Positions 9,240 to 17,650 of a stretch of DNA of 64,000 bases are shown here, piece after piece. The stretch's first letter is position 1. The number at the start of each line of letters is the position of its first letter. Both the position numbers and the translations under genes were made by a program. Source of the stretch: Bacteroidota bacterium (GTDB taxonomy: Bacteria; Bacteroidota; Bacteroidia; Bacteroidales; JACABE01); the NCBI GenBank assembly GCA_037133555.1, contig JBAXNW010000012.1, forward strand, positions 4,906 through 68,905. Direction: 5' to 3'. The notes beneath the pieces are model-generated. The model made no database searches, had not been told where the DNA came from, and was given only the letters and a program-made list of their open reading frames with translations.

Positions 9240-10045
9240 ATAAAATTACTAAAGCACTTAAAGCAATCGGTTTGATACTTAAAAAACCCTATTTGCTAAA
9301 CCATATCATTGAAGATGAAAGCGTTTTTCAGCAATATGTTGAAAAAAATTATAATTTACCCAAGGGATTACCATTCATAGATATAACTGATTTGTTTTCT
9401 GATTTTAGCGAAACAGTAAAACCTTATGCCTGTCTGGATGGAGCTACATTGCCTATTGATATCGCCTTGTTAAAAGCTTTGGCGCGCAAATACCAGGTGA
9501 GAGATTATTTCGAAATCGGAACTTGGAGAGGGGAGAGTGTTGCCAATATTGCCAGCATGGTTCCTAATTGTGTAAGTTTAAACCTGCCCGATATCGAAAT
9601 TCTCGAAATGGGCATGAGTGAAGATTACGTGAAGATGCACCGTGTTTTTTCGTCAGATCTCCAGAATGTTAAACATTTGGAAGGTAATTCCCTAAATTAT
9701 GATTTTGTAGCTTATTTAAAACAATTTGATATGGTATTTGTGGATGGTGACCATCATTACGAAAGTATTGTAAAAGATACAAAAACTGCATTTCAATTAT
9801 TAAAAGACGAACATAAAATTATCGTCTGGCACGATTATGCCCTGGAGCCAGAAACCGTGAGATGGAGTGTAATGGCAGGGATTTTGGATGGATGTCCTCC
9901 CGAAAAACGAAAGAATATTTATCATATTTCCAATACCTTGTGTGCCGTTTACCTGAACGAGCAAATTAAATCCGATTGGCTGAAAATAAATGCATTACCA
10001 ACGCATTATTTTGAAATAGGGATTAAAGCCTTTGAGAAAACTTAA
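9236..10045 (+). CDS. class I SAM-dependent methyltransferase (Methyltransf_24-like)
   Basis: 269 aa. The motifs YFEIGTWRGES and MVFVDGDHHYESIVKDT are characteristic of this O-methyltransferase group, and it sits in the polysaccharide gene set. Confidence 0.65.
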   Translation: MNKITKALKAIGLILKKPYLLNHIIEDESVFQQYVEKNYNLPKGLPFIDITDLFSDFSETVKPYACLDGATLPIDIALLKALARKYQVRDYFEIGTWRGESVANIASMVPNCVSLNLPDIEILEMGMSEDYVKMHRVFSSDLQNVKHLEGNSLNYDFVAYLKQFDMVFVDGDHHYESIVKDTKTAFQLLKDEHKIIVWHDYALEPETVRWSVMAGILDGCPPEKRKNIYHISNTLCAVYLNEQIKSDWLKINALPTHYFEIGIKAFEKT

Positions 10046-12687
10046 TATCTGATTAATTTCCCTGTATAAATGCGTTGGTCTGTTTTTAATTGATAAAAAT
10101 ACAATCCTGGTTTTAATAAAGTTGCATCCAGATCAATTTGTTGTATTCCTTTATTTTGTATACTTGCCGGAATTGTTGTTTCTAATTGTCCTGTAATACT
10201 GTAAACTTTTATTTCAACTTTTGTATTCTCAGCTAAAAAATAGGAAATTTTTGTGTGATTTGTAAATGGGTTGGGAAATACTGAAATATTTAATAAAAGG
10301 TTCTTCAAATTCATCACACTTAAACTATTTACATGTAATATATTTGAAGTGTCAGATTTGCATCCGCTTATATTTGAAGTGACGATACAATAATACGCTC
10401 CGTTTTGAGAAATGGCTAAATGCTGGGAAGTTGCGCCTGAAATTAAACCAAACCCCATCAAATACCATTGGTTTCCAATAGTCACATCAGAAAATAAAGT
10501 ATCTCCGTTTTGATAAATAACAGCTGCTGTTGGTGCAGGAATCATCGTAATTGCTAAAGACGATGGAGCTCCTGTTCCACAACCGTTTTTGCCATATACT
10601 GTTAAATTTCCCGAAATATTAGTAGGAAAATCAAGCAGGATATTATTATTTAGATTAGTGGACACAATTGTATTGTTATAACTCCAAATATATTGAAATG
10701 CATGGCTAATAGGCGGAATAGTATAGCCGACATTTTGCAATCCCTCACATACAGTTATTGGTCCAGTAATCGTTCCGGCATTATCCGGTACTAAAAAACT
10801 TGCAACAACAGAAATCGTATCATTCGCATAACAGCTTATGTTTTGATAATTTTTGGAAACGAGAACAAAATAGCTATGGATAATTGTATCAGCATTAATA
10901 GTGATAGCGGGAGTTGTAGCAGCTGTATTCCAAATAAACTGACAATTGGAATTTGTTGTATTTAAAGCATTCAATTCAATGATTCCAAATCCACAAAGAG
11001 AGGTGTCATTTCCTAAATTAACAGTAGGAGATTCCATAACAAGAAGTGTTGACTGAAAACTTTCAGAACATCCGTAATTGTCTGTAATGATTAAAGAATA
11101 AGGAAATATCCCTGCTGTAGGTGTTGAAATTATTGCAACAGTATCATTTACAGACGTTAAGTTAAGGCCTGCTAGTTGCATATTGTTGATGCCTAAAGGA
11201 TATGCTGGCGGTGAATTGACTAAATTTGAATTAAACTGCAGATCCCAATGAAAAAGATATCCGTTATCAGTTGCAAAATCGTCAGTAATTTCCATAGTCC
11301 AGATGCCATTTAAAGGACAGCCAATTAAGCTGTTGAATGGATTCTGAGGTTTGATATAGTTGGTGTGATTAAATTGATTGGTAGAATCTATTATTCTTGA
11401 ATTGTCAATCCATATGGTTCCTGGCCCACCACTACTTGAACTTAACTGGTCTATAGTCATATTATTGGTTGGGTATATTTCAGACCAGCAATAATTCCAA
11501 CCTATACCGGCGGGATTGTTGGCAGGAAGGCACCCATTATCAAATGCACTGTGATTATTTCCTCCAAAAGGTATGCCTAAGTAAATTGAACCTGAATGTG
11601 TATTGGGATCTAAAATTACATTTTGTCCGTTTGGACAAATGATTTTAAAACCCAAATCCCCTACAAAAGAATGTTCCATATTTATACATATAGCTTCAAT
11701 ATCATTTGCACTTGTTATTACAGCTGTAGTAGGGTTATTGTTAATCACAATCGATGTCTGCATTATTCCGGGAGGGCATATCGGTCCATCAGGAATAAAA
11801 GTTAAAATATCATTATTATAAATTGTTTGGGGAATATAGGCTGGTAAGATTGTAAAACTTGAGTTGGGTAGATATCCCGCAGTTAACAATTGAGCACTGC
11901 CGCTACAAATATCACTGAGCGGATGTATAACAACATTTGGGATTGCAGAAACTCTGACTACAACTGAATCTTTCGTTTTGCATCCTATTGTATCAGTAAA
12001 ATTAATAAAAATCAATTTCCCTCCATTTGTATTGTAAGAATGTTGAATAGTTTGACCTTGTTTAATTATATTATAATCGACTTTCCATTCAAAAATTGAA
12101 CCTGCAATACTTTGATGATAATTCAGGTTGTTTTGGGGAAATGTTACATTACAGGAAAACGTAGCAGTATCATCTTTGCATAACTTAATAAATCCATTGG
12201 AAGGATGTGGAATGGTGAGCAAAGTATCTATATTTATACTTACAGCCTGGCATATATTAGCACATGTGATGCTTGCATTCCAGCCTGTTGCTGTATTTGA
12301 GCCATCGGTTTTTAGTCTGAAAGTAAGATGTCCGCTTGCATTTGCCAGAGAGGCATGTATAATAGAATTTAAGACTACCGGATGATTGTTATTGTAAGCA
12401 CCAATCAAAGGTGCCGTAATTGAAGAACCATCGTAAATGTAAAAAGTATCTGAGGGATGTATGTCAAATTGATAAAATGTAATTGCAGTTCGACTAAATT
12501 GATTTGCATCGGGCTTAAAAGACATCCATAAGTCTTCATTATCCGAATAATTGCCCACATAACTTTCCTTAAAAGTAGCATTACAAGTAATGGCTGTTTG
12601 GTTATAGTTGTAAGAAAGAGTATAATATTGAGCATTGCTTATTGCAGAACTTAAACATAATAAGCTAAATAGTATAATATTTTTCAT
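10042..12687 (-). CDS. large T9SS-sorted secreted protein with a CUB-like N-terminal module and a proprotein-convertase P-domain
   Basis: 881 aa. Signal peptide: MKNIILFSLLCLSSAISNAQ. CUB-like stretch: SDTFYIYDGSSITAPLIGAY. P-domain pattern: MEHSFVGDLGFKIICPNGQNVIL ... GIWTMEITDDFATDNGYLFHWDLQF. The C-terminus (FPNPFTNHTKISY...GLYFYQL...) is of TIGR04183 type. No protease domain was seen. Confidence 0.75.
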   Translation of the reverse strand: MKNIILFSLLCLSSAISNAQYYTLSYNYNQTAITCNATFKESYVGNYSDNEDLWMSFKPDANQFSRTAITFYQFDIHPSDTFYIYDGSSITAPLIGAYNNNHPVVLNSIIHASLANASGHLTFRLKTDGSNTATGWNASITCANICQAVSINIDTLLTIPHPSNGFIKLCKDDTATFSCNVTFPQNNLNYHQSIAGSIFEWKVDYNIIKQGQTIQHSYNTNGGKLIFINFTDTIGCKTKDSVVVRVSAIPNVVIHPLSDICSGSAQLLTAGYLPNSSFTILPAYIPQTIYNNDILTFIPDGPICPPGIMQTSIVINNNPTTAVITSANDIEAICINMEHSFVGDLGFKIICPNGQNVILDPNTHSGSIYLGIPFGGNNHSAFDNGCLPANNPAGIGWNYCWSEIYPTNNMTIDQLSSSSGGPGTIWIDNSRIIDSTNQFNHTNYIKPQNPFNSLIGCPLNGIWTMEITDDFATDNGYLFHWDLQFNSNLVNSPPAYPLGINNMQLAGLNLTSVNDTVAIISTPTAGIFPYSLIITDNYGCSESFQSTLLVMESPTVNLGNDTSLCGFGIIELNALNTTNSNCQFIWNTAATTPAITINADTIIHSYFVLVSKNYQNISCYANDTISVVASFLVPDNAGTITGPITVCEGLQNVGYTIPPISHAFQYIWSYNNTIVSTNLNNNILLDFPTNISGNLTVYGKNGCGTGAPSSLAITMIPAPTAAVIYQNGDTLFSDVTIGNQWYLMGFGLISGATSQHLAISQNGAYYCIVTSNISGCKSDTSNILHVNSLSVMNLKNLLLNISVFPNPFTNHTKISYFLAENTKVEIKVYSITGQLETTIPASIQNKGIQQIDLDATLLKPGLYFYQLKTDQRIYTGKLIRY

Positions 12688-12738
12688 CAGTTTAATTAAT
12701 TGTAGAATTAATTAAGTTATTTGTACCGAAATCACACA

Positions 12739-12746
12739 CAAAGATA
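12739..12746 (-). promoter_or_regulatory. candidate -7 box (TATCTTTG on the minus strand) for the 881-aa T9SS cargo gene
   Basis: Exact TAnnTTTG 52 nt upstream of the ATG at 12687. Confidence 0.4.
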
Positions 12747-12768
12747 AACTAAATACTTTATGAATGTT

Positions 12769-13163
12769 AGAAACTGTCTAAATTTATTTATTCTAAATTC
12801 ATAGGGTTTAAATATTTGTTGAAACATGTTTAAAAATCAGAATAAAATTCTATCAGTATAAGTTGTAATTATTTGATATTTAACTTTTGCCTTGATGCAA
12901 AAGTTACAAAAGATCAAGACTGCAAATCATTTACTTCAAAACTACGCTTTTTAAAATTCCAGCGCAATACAAGTCGTAGCGAAATAAACATTTATGCTTT
13001 TATTTTTCATACTACCTTCTCTATCTTCCGTATTGCTTGCTGCAAGGCCACCGCTATTTTAAAAAGCTTGTTTTGTGGCGTAAATGCTTTGATGTCGGTC
13101 CTTTATCTTAACAAAGTTAATAAATTATAATTATTTTTTAAATGGGAAATTTAGACAGTTTCT
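12769..13163. repeat. 395-bp non-coding element bounded by 17-bp perfect inverted repeats (MITE-like)
   Basis: agaaactgtctaaattt (12769-12785) is the exact reverse complement of aaatttagacagtttct (13147-13163). The interior has no credible ORF. Confidence 0.7.
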
Positions 13164-13175
13164 TAATAATATATG

Positions 13176-13499
13176 CGAATCAAGGATTGAATTTCGGCTT
13201 ATTAAAACTAAAAAATTATGATAATTATACTCAACTAAAAGATTTAAAACAATTTCAATTTTTAAAATTGTTTAGCTAATTTCATGGAAATCAATGAATG
13301 TATTTTTTCTTTGTAGGAGAACAATGTCAATAGAAAATAATTCAAGAACATGAATTATTTCCCAGAGGCAATAAACCTTGGATTTATATCTATAATTTTT
13401 AATGTCCTACGGACAAAAGATAATTTTAAACCTTTTTTCTATTGACATAAATGCCCTAACGGGCAAAAAAGGTATAAAAATGATTCAATCCTTGATTCG
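13176..13499. repeat. 324-bp non-coding element with nested inverted repeats
   Basis: Outer 17-bp perfect IR: cgaatcaaggattgaat (13176-13192) / attcaatccttgattcg (13483-13499). Inner 14-bp perfect IR: atgtcaatagaaaa (13324-13337) / ttttctattgacat (13435-13448). There are also small hairpins tgtcc-tac-ggaca (13403-13415) and tgccc-taac-gggca (13452-13465). Confidence 0.7.
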
Positions 13500-13505
13500 T
13501 ATAAT

Positions 13506-14003
13506 TTAAAAATGTTCATTATTGTTGACTTTGTATTCATCTTTTAAACCGGCAAAAAGCATAGGAGCAAGTTTTGTTAAGGGTTGCAGTAAGACTGATT
13601 CTTTTCTGTTTTTCTCTGAAATGATCAGTCTTTTTATATCTAAAATATTGATTAAGTAGAGGATGATACTTATTACCAATGCAATTTTAAGAACCCCAAA
13701 GACTATACCGGCTAATTTGTTGATAAAACCTAAAGAGGCCAGACTGAAAGCTTTGTCAATGATTCTGGCTAATAAATGTACCAATACAACCACAGCAACA
13801 AAAGTGATAATAAAGGCAAGTATCCCGGCATATTTCCCGTTCAGCCCAATTTTATCACCTACATATACCGAAAAACGGTAGGATAAATAAATACCCAGTA
13901 ACAAAGCAAGTAAACTTGCCAGTTCAACCGCCAGGCCATTTACAAAACCCTTGTAAGCAAACCAAAGCAATGGAATGAGTAAGATAATATCCAGTATATT
14001 CAT
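13506..14003 (-). CDS. CvpA-family membrane protein
   Basis: 165 aa, four hydrophobic segments, with the typical N-terminus MNILDIILLIPLLWFAYKGFVNGL. Confidence 0.75.
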   Translation of the reverse strand: MNILDIILLIPLLWFAYKGFVNGLAVELASLLALLLGIYLSYRFSVYVGDKIGLNGKYAGILAFIITFVAVVVLVHLLARIIDKAFSLASLGFINKLAGIVFGVLKIALVISIILYLINILDIKRLIISEKNRKESVLLQPLTKLAPMLFAGLKDEYKVNNNEHF

Positions 14004-14753
14004 TTATTTTCTTTTTAAGCGACGTGTTAATTCAGTGGCGTATACAAAATCGTTAATTTCTTTGTTATCAGTATCCAATATCGAATTTTTATCGCCCTCC
14101 CACCACAGTTTTCCTTTGTATATAAATGCAATTTTATCGCCTATTTCGATGACGGAATTCATGTCATGGGTATTGATTACTGTCGTAATCTGGTATTCCT
14201 GAGTGATTTCGCTGATAAGTTTATCTATTACGATAGAGGTTGCAGGATCTAAACCTGAATTAGGCTCATCACAAAACAGATATTTTGGATTGGCTGCTAT
14301 GGCACGGGCAATGGCAACACGTTTTTTCATACCACCGCTTAATTCAGATGGAAAAAGTTTGTTGACATTCTCAAGATTTACTCTTTTTAAACAAAAATTA
14401 GCCCTGTCAATTTTATCACTGGGTGACATATCTGTGAACATCGACAATGGAAAAACAACATTTTCTTCAACACTCATCGAATCAAACAATGCTCCTCCCT
14501 GAAACAGCATGCCGATTTCCTGCCGAATTTTCTTTTTTTCTCCATAAGATATATCTGAAAAAGATCGTCCGTCAAAGTTTATACTTCCATTATCTATTGG
14601 GAAAAGGCCAACCAAACATTTCATCAATACAGTTTTACCTGATCCGCTTTGACCTATAATTAAATTGGTTTTGCCTTTTTCAAAAGCTACACTGATATCA
14701 TTTAAAACCTGGTGATCGTTAAATGTTTTCGAAACATTGATGGCTTCTATCAT
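14004..14753 (-). CDS. ABC transporter ATP-binding protein (MlaF-like)
   Basis: Walker A GQSGSGKT, signature LSGGMKKRV and Walker B LFCDEP. It abuts and overlaps the MlaE-like permease gene. Confidence 0.85.
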   Translation of the reverse strand: MIEAINVSKTFNDHQVLNDISVAFEKGKTNLIIGQSGSGKTVLMKCLVGLFPIDNGSINFDGRSFSDISYGEKKKIRQEIGMLFQGGALFDSMSVEENVVFPLSMFTDMSPSDKIDRANFCLKRVNLENVNKLFPSELSGGMKKRVAIARAIAANPKYLFCDEPNSGLDPATSIVIDKLISEITQEYQITTVINTHDMNSVIEIGDKIAFIYKGKLWWEGDKNSILDTDNKEINDFVYATELTRRLKRK

Positions 14754-15490
14754 GCTAAAAGTAATTGAGTGAGTATCAAATTAAATAAAATGATCATAAT
14801 ACTACTGTTAACAACAGCTTTTGTGCTAGAACGACCAACTTCTAATGCCCCCCCAGAAGTGTAATAGCCATAATAACCAGAAATAGAGGCTGTAAGAAAT
14901 GCAAAAAAAACGGTTTTAATCAAGGCATAGGTGATATCAAACATATTAAACTGATATTGCAATCCATAAACATAATCGTTGGTTGCCACCAGGCCTGTCA
15001 ATGTCCCTGATAACCATCCACCCGCAATCGCTAAAAACATGCTCAATAAAATCAAAAATGGATAAATGAGTATAGAAGCAATAATTTTTGGTAAGATTAA
15101 AAAGCTAGCAGGATTGATACCCATAATTTCAAGAGCATCAATTTGCTCAGTTACACGCATGGTACCTATTTCAGAAGCTATACGAGAACCCACTTTACCT
15201 GCAAGTATTAAACTTACAATCGTAGGTGAGAATTCGAGAATAACCGATTTACGGGTTGCAAAGCCTATCGTGTAGAGAGGAATAAAAGGACTATCCACAT
15301 TAAAAGCCATTTGAATGGTTACAACGGCTCCCATAAATATCGAGATAATAGCTACAATTCCTAGTGAATCAAGCCCCAGATTATCCATTTCGAGCAATAA
15401 TTGCTTTCTGTAAATGGATTGTTTTTCGGGTTTCCGAAAAACTTGCTTCATTAAAACTAAATATCTACCAACTTCTGATAATATCTTCAT
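14750..15490 (-). CDS. MlaE-family ABC transporter permease
   Basis: 246 aa with multiple TM segments and the conserved ...EIGTMRVTEQIDALEIMGINP... motif of MlaE/YrbE permeases. Confidence 0.8.
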   Translation of the reverse strand: MKILSEVGRYLVLMKQVFRKPEKQSIYRKQLLLEMDNLGLDSLGIVAIISIFMGAVVTIQMAFNVDSPFIPLYTIGFATRKSVILEFSPTIVSLILAGKVGSRIASEIGTMRVTEQIDALEIMGINPASFLILPKIIASILIYPFLILLSMFLAIAGGWLSGTLTGLVATNDYVYGLQYQFNMFDITYALIKTVFFAFLTASISGYYGYYTSGGALEVGRSSTKAVVNSSIMIILFNLILTQLLLA

Positions 15491-15582
15491 GTATTTTTAA
15501 ATATTTTGGCTAAATTAATCATTTTTATATTTCAAAAAACTATAAAAATTACAAATAAGTGAACTTAAATAATAGTTTTTAT

Positions 15583-15590
15583 TAATTTTG
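15583..15590 (+). promoter_or_regulatory. candidate -7 box (TAATTTTG)
   Basis: Exact TAnnTTTG 25 nt upstream of the ATG at 15615 of an unlisted small ORF. Confidence 0.4.
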
Positions 15591-15614
15591 CCCCTTTTAT
15601 TATTCTATTTCTAA

Positions 15615-15770
15615 ATGCGAAAATCAAACATTTTAAAATTAATTACCTTCATCTCATTACTACTTATCTTTTTGGTATCTTGTTCTTCGGCAAAACACCG
15701 CAGAAAAAAGAAATGCATGGAATGCCCTTCATTTGGTTATATTATTGAAGTAAAAAATGACAGAACTTAA
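15615..15770 (+). CDS. possible 51-aa small lipoprotein (absent from the ORF track because it is under 60 aa)
   Basis: My translation: MRKSNILKLITFISLLLIFLVSCSSAKHRRKKKCMECPSFGYIIEVKNDRT. It has a lipobox LVSC followed by a basic stretch and a CxxC. A -7 box precedes it and it overlaps the next gene by 14 nt. Confidence 0.4.
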   Translation: MRKSNILKLITFISLLLIFLVSCSSAKHRRKKKCMECPSFGYIIEVKNDRT

Positions 15771-16362
15771 AGGAATTTTAGCTAAATATATACCTGATAT
15801 TGCTTTAAATCAGGTTGTTGATTTGTTTACTGTTAACAATGTACAACTCAATATTTGCAGAAATCGAAAAACAAAATTAGGCGATTATCGTCCACCTCAA
15901 AATGGATATTTATTTCATAGGATTTCAGTTAATTATAATTTAAATGAATTTGAGTTTTTGGTAACCCTGATTCATGAATTTGCGCATTTATTTGTATGGA
16001 ATAAATATAAAAATAAAGTTGAACCTCACGGAAAAGAATGGAAAGCAACCTATTATAGTTTGTTGAATCAGTTTATTGAGCAGAATGTTTTTCCTCACGA
16101 AATTAAGCTTGCAATATTAAAACTTGAAACTTCACCTGAAAATGCAAAACTCGATATGGGGAGAGCTATGCAGAAATATACAAATAGCGATGAGGAAAGT
16201 TTTTTTGTTGAAGAAATCCCCTTGCATGCTAATTTTCAGACTGCCGATGGAAGAACCTTTCAGAAATTAGAAAAACTCAGAAAAAGATACAAATGCTTAT
16301 GTTTAAACAATAAAAAAAAATATCTGTTTCACCCATTGGCAAAAGTAGTTGCATCAAAATAA
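15757..16362 (+). CDS. SprT-like zinc-metallopeptidase-fold protein
   Basis: 201 aa with the HExxH motif in LIHEFAHLFVW. The length and layout are typical of the SprT-like family. Confidence 0.6.
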   Translation: MTELKGILAKYIPDIALNQVVDLFTVNNVQLNICRNRKTKLGDYRPPQNGYLFHRISVNYNLNEFEFLVTLIHEFAHLFVWNKYKNKVEPHGKEWKATYYSLLNQFIEQNVFPHEIKLAILKLETSPENAKLDMGRAMQKYTNSDEESFFVEEIPLHANFQTADGRTFQKLEKLRKRYKCLCLNNKKKYLFHPLAKVVASK

Positions 16363-16500
16363 ATATTATTAGTTAGTTTTTCTGATATATTCAGATTAAA
16401 ATAGAAATTCTATAATTCATACAATAAACTATATCGTTCAAGAAAATTATCCTAAAAAACGTAAGCATAAAAATCCTGAATGATAATAAAATATAATACA

Positions 16501-16508
16501 TACATTTG
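16501..16508 (+). promoter_or_regulatory. candidate -7 box (TACATTTG) for manC
   Basis: Exact TAnnTTTG 14 nt upstream of the ATG at 16523. Confidence 0.45.
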
Positions 16509-16522
16509 TAAAAAATAATTAA

Positions 16523-17611
16523 ATGGAAAATAATTTTTGTGTAATTATGGCAGGAGGAATCGGCTCACGGTTTTGGCCCATGAGCAGAACTTCTCAACCT
16601 AAACAATTTATTGATATTCTGGGAATAGGAGAGACTCTTATTCAACAGACTTTCAAACGCTTCGAAAGGGTATGTCCCAGCGAAAATATTTATATCGTTA
16701 CCAATGAAATCTATAGAGATCTCATTAAAAAACAAATACCGCATATTAAAGACGAGCAAATTGTATGTGAACCTGCACGTAGAAATACAGCACCTTGCAT
16801 AGCATATGCCAATTATAAAATCTTACAGATTAATCCAGAGGCGAATATTATTGTAGCTCCTTCTGATCACATCATTTTAAATGAAGATGCTTTTATCGAA
16901 GTAATTACTTCGGCTTTAAAGGCAACCAAGAAAAATGATTGGTTGCTAACATTGGGTATAACACCCAGCCGACCTGATACGGGTTACGGTTATATTCAGT
17001 TTAATGATCAAATTACTTCAACGGATGACAGTCGTATTAATAAAGTCAAGACTTTTACCGAAAAACCTCTCTTGGAAATGGCAGAATCTTTTTTGGAAAG
17101 TGGTGATTTTTTGTGGAATGCAGGTATTTTTGTTTGGTCGTTAAAAAGCATCATGAAGGCATTTGAGAAATACTTGCCTGAAGTGGATGCTATATTTAAA
17201 GATGGTATGCAATATTATAATACCAAAAACGAAGCAAATTTCATTAAGAATGCATATACTATTTGCAAAAATATTTCCATTGATTACGGTATCATGGAAA
17301 AGGCAGATAATGTTTATGTATTGTCTTCAGAGTTTGGTTGGTCCGATTTAGGTACCTGGGGTTCGTTGTACGAAATTCGCCAAAAAGATGAGAATGGAAA
17401 TACCATAGTCGGTAAAAATGTAATGACTTATAATTCTTCTAATAGCATTATTAACATGCCAAAAGAGAAATTAGTAGTGATACAAGGCCTTGATGATTAT
17501 ATTGTGGTGGAAGATGATAATATTTTGCTGATTTGTAAAAAAACGGAAGAACAACAAATCAGGCAATTTGTAAACGATGTAATGAGCGAAAAAGGAGAAA
17601 AATTCATATAA
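16523..17611 (+). CDS. manC: mannose-1-phosphate guanylyltransferase
   Basis: 362 aa with VIMAGGIGSRFWPMSR..PKQF and the rest of the NTP-transferase fold pattern. Confidence 0.85.
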   Translation: MENNFCVIMAGGIGSRFWPMSRTSQPKQFIDILGIGETLIQQTFKRFERVCPSENIYIVTNEIYRDLIKKQIPHIKDEQIVCEPARRNTAPCIAYANYKILQINPEANIIVAPSDHIILNEDAFIEVITSALKATKKNDWLLTLGITPSRPDTGYGYIQFNDQITSTDDSRINKVKTFTEKPLLEMAESFLESGDFLWNAGIFVWSLKSIMKAFEKYLPEVDAIFKDGMQYYNTKNEANFIKNAYTICKNISIDYGIMEKADNVYVLSSEFGWSDLGTWGSLYEIRQKDENGNTIVGKNVMTYNSSNSIINMPKEKLVVIQGLDDYIVVEDDNILLICKKTEEQQIRQFVNDVMSEKGEKFI

Positions 17612-17649
17612 AAAAGAGAGGCTGGTAAATTTACCAGCCTCTCTTTTTT
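17610..17649. terminator. bidirectional rho-independent terminator between convergent manC and pgk
   Basis: A perfect 30-nt palindrome (agagaggctggtaaa / tttaccagcctctct, 17615-17644) is flanked by an A-run on the left and a T-run on the right. Confidence 0.8.
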
Positions 17650-17650
17650 A

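Noticed and set aside
12873-13130. An 85-aa ORF (MIFNFCLDAKVTKDQDCKSF...) in the 12.7-13.5 kb spacer.
   Set aside because: It falls wholly inside the IR-bounded non-coding element and starts with TTG. Its translation looks like the spurious 'hypothetical proteins' commonly called across this kind of repeat.
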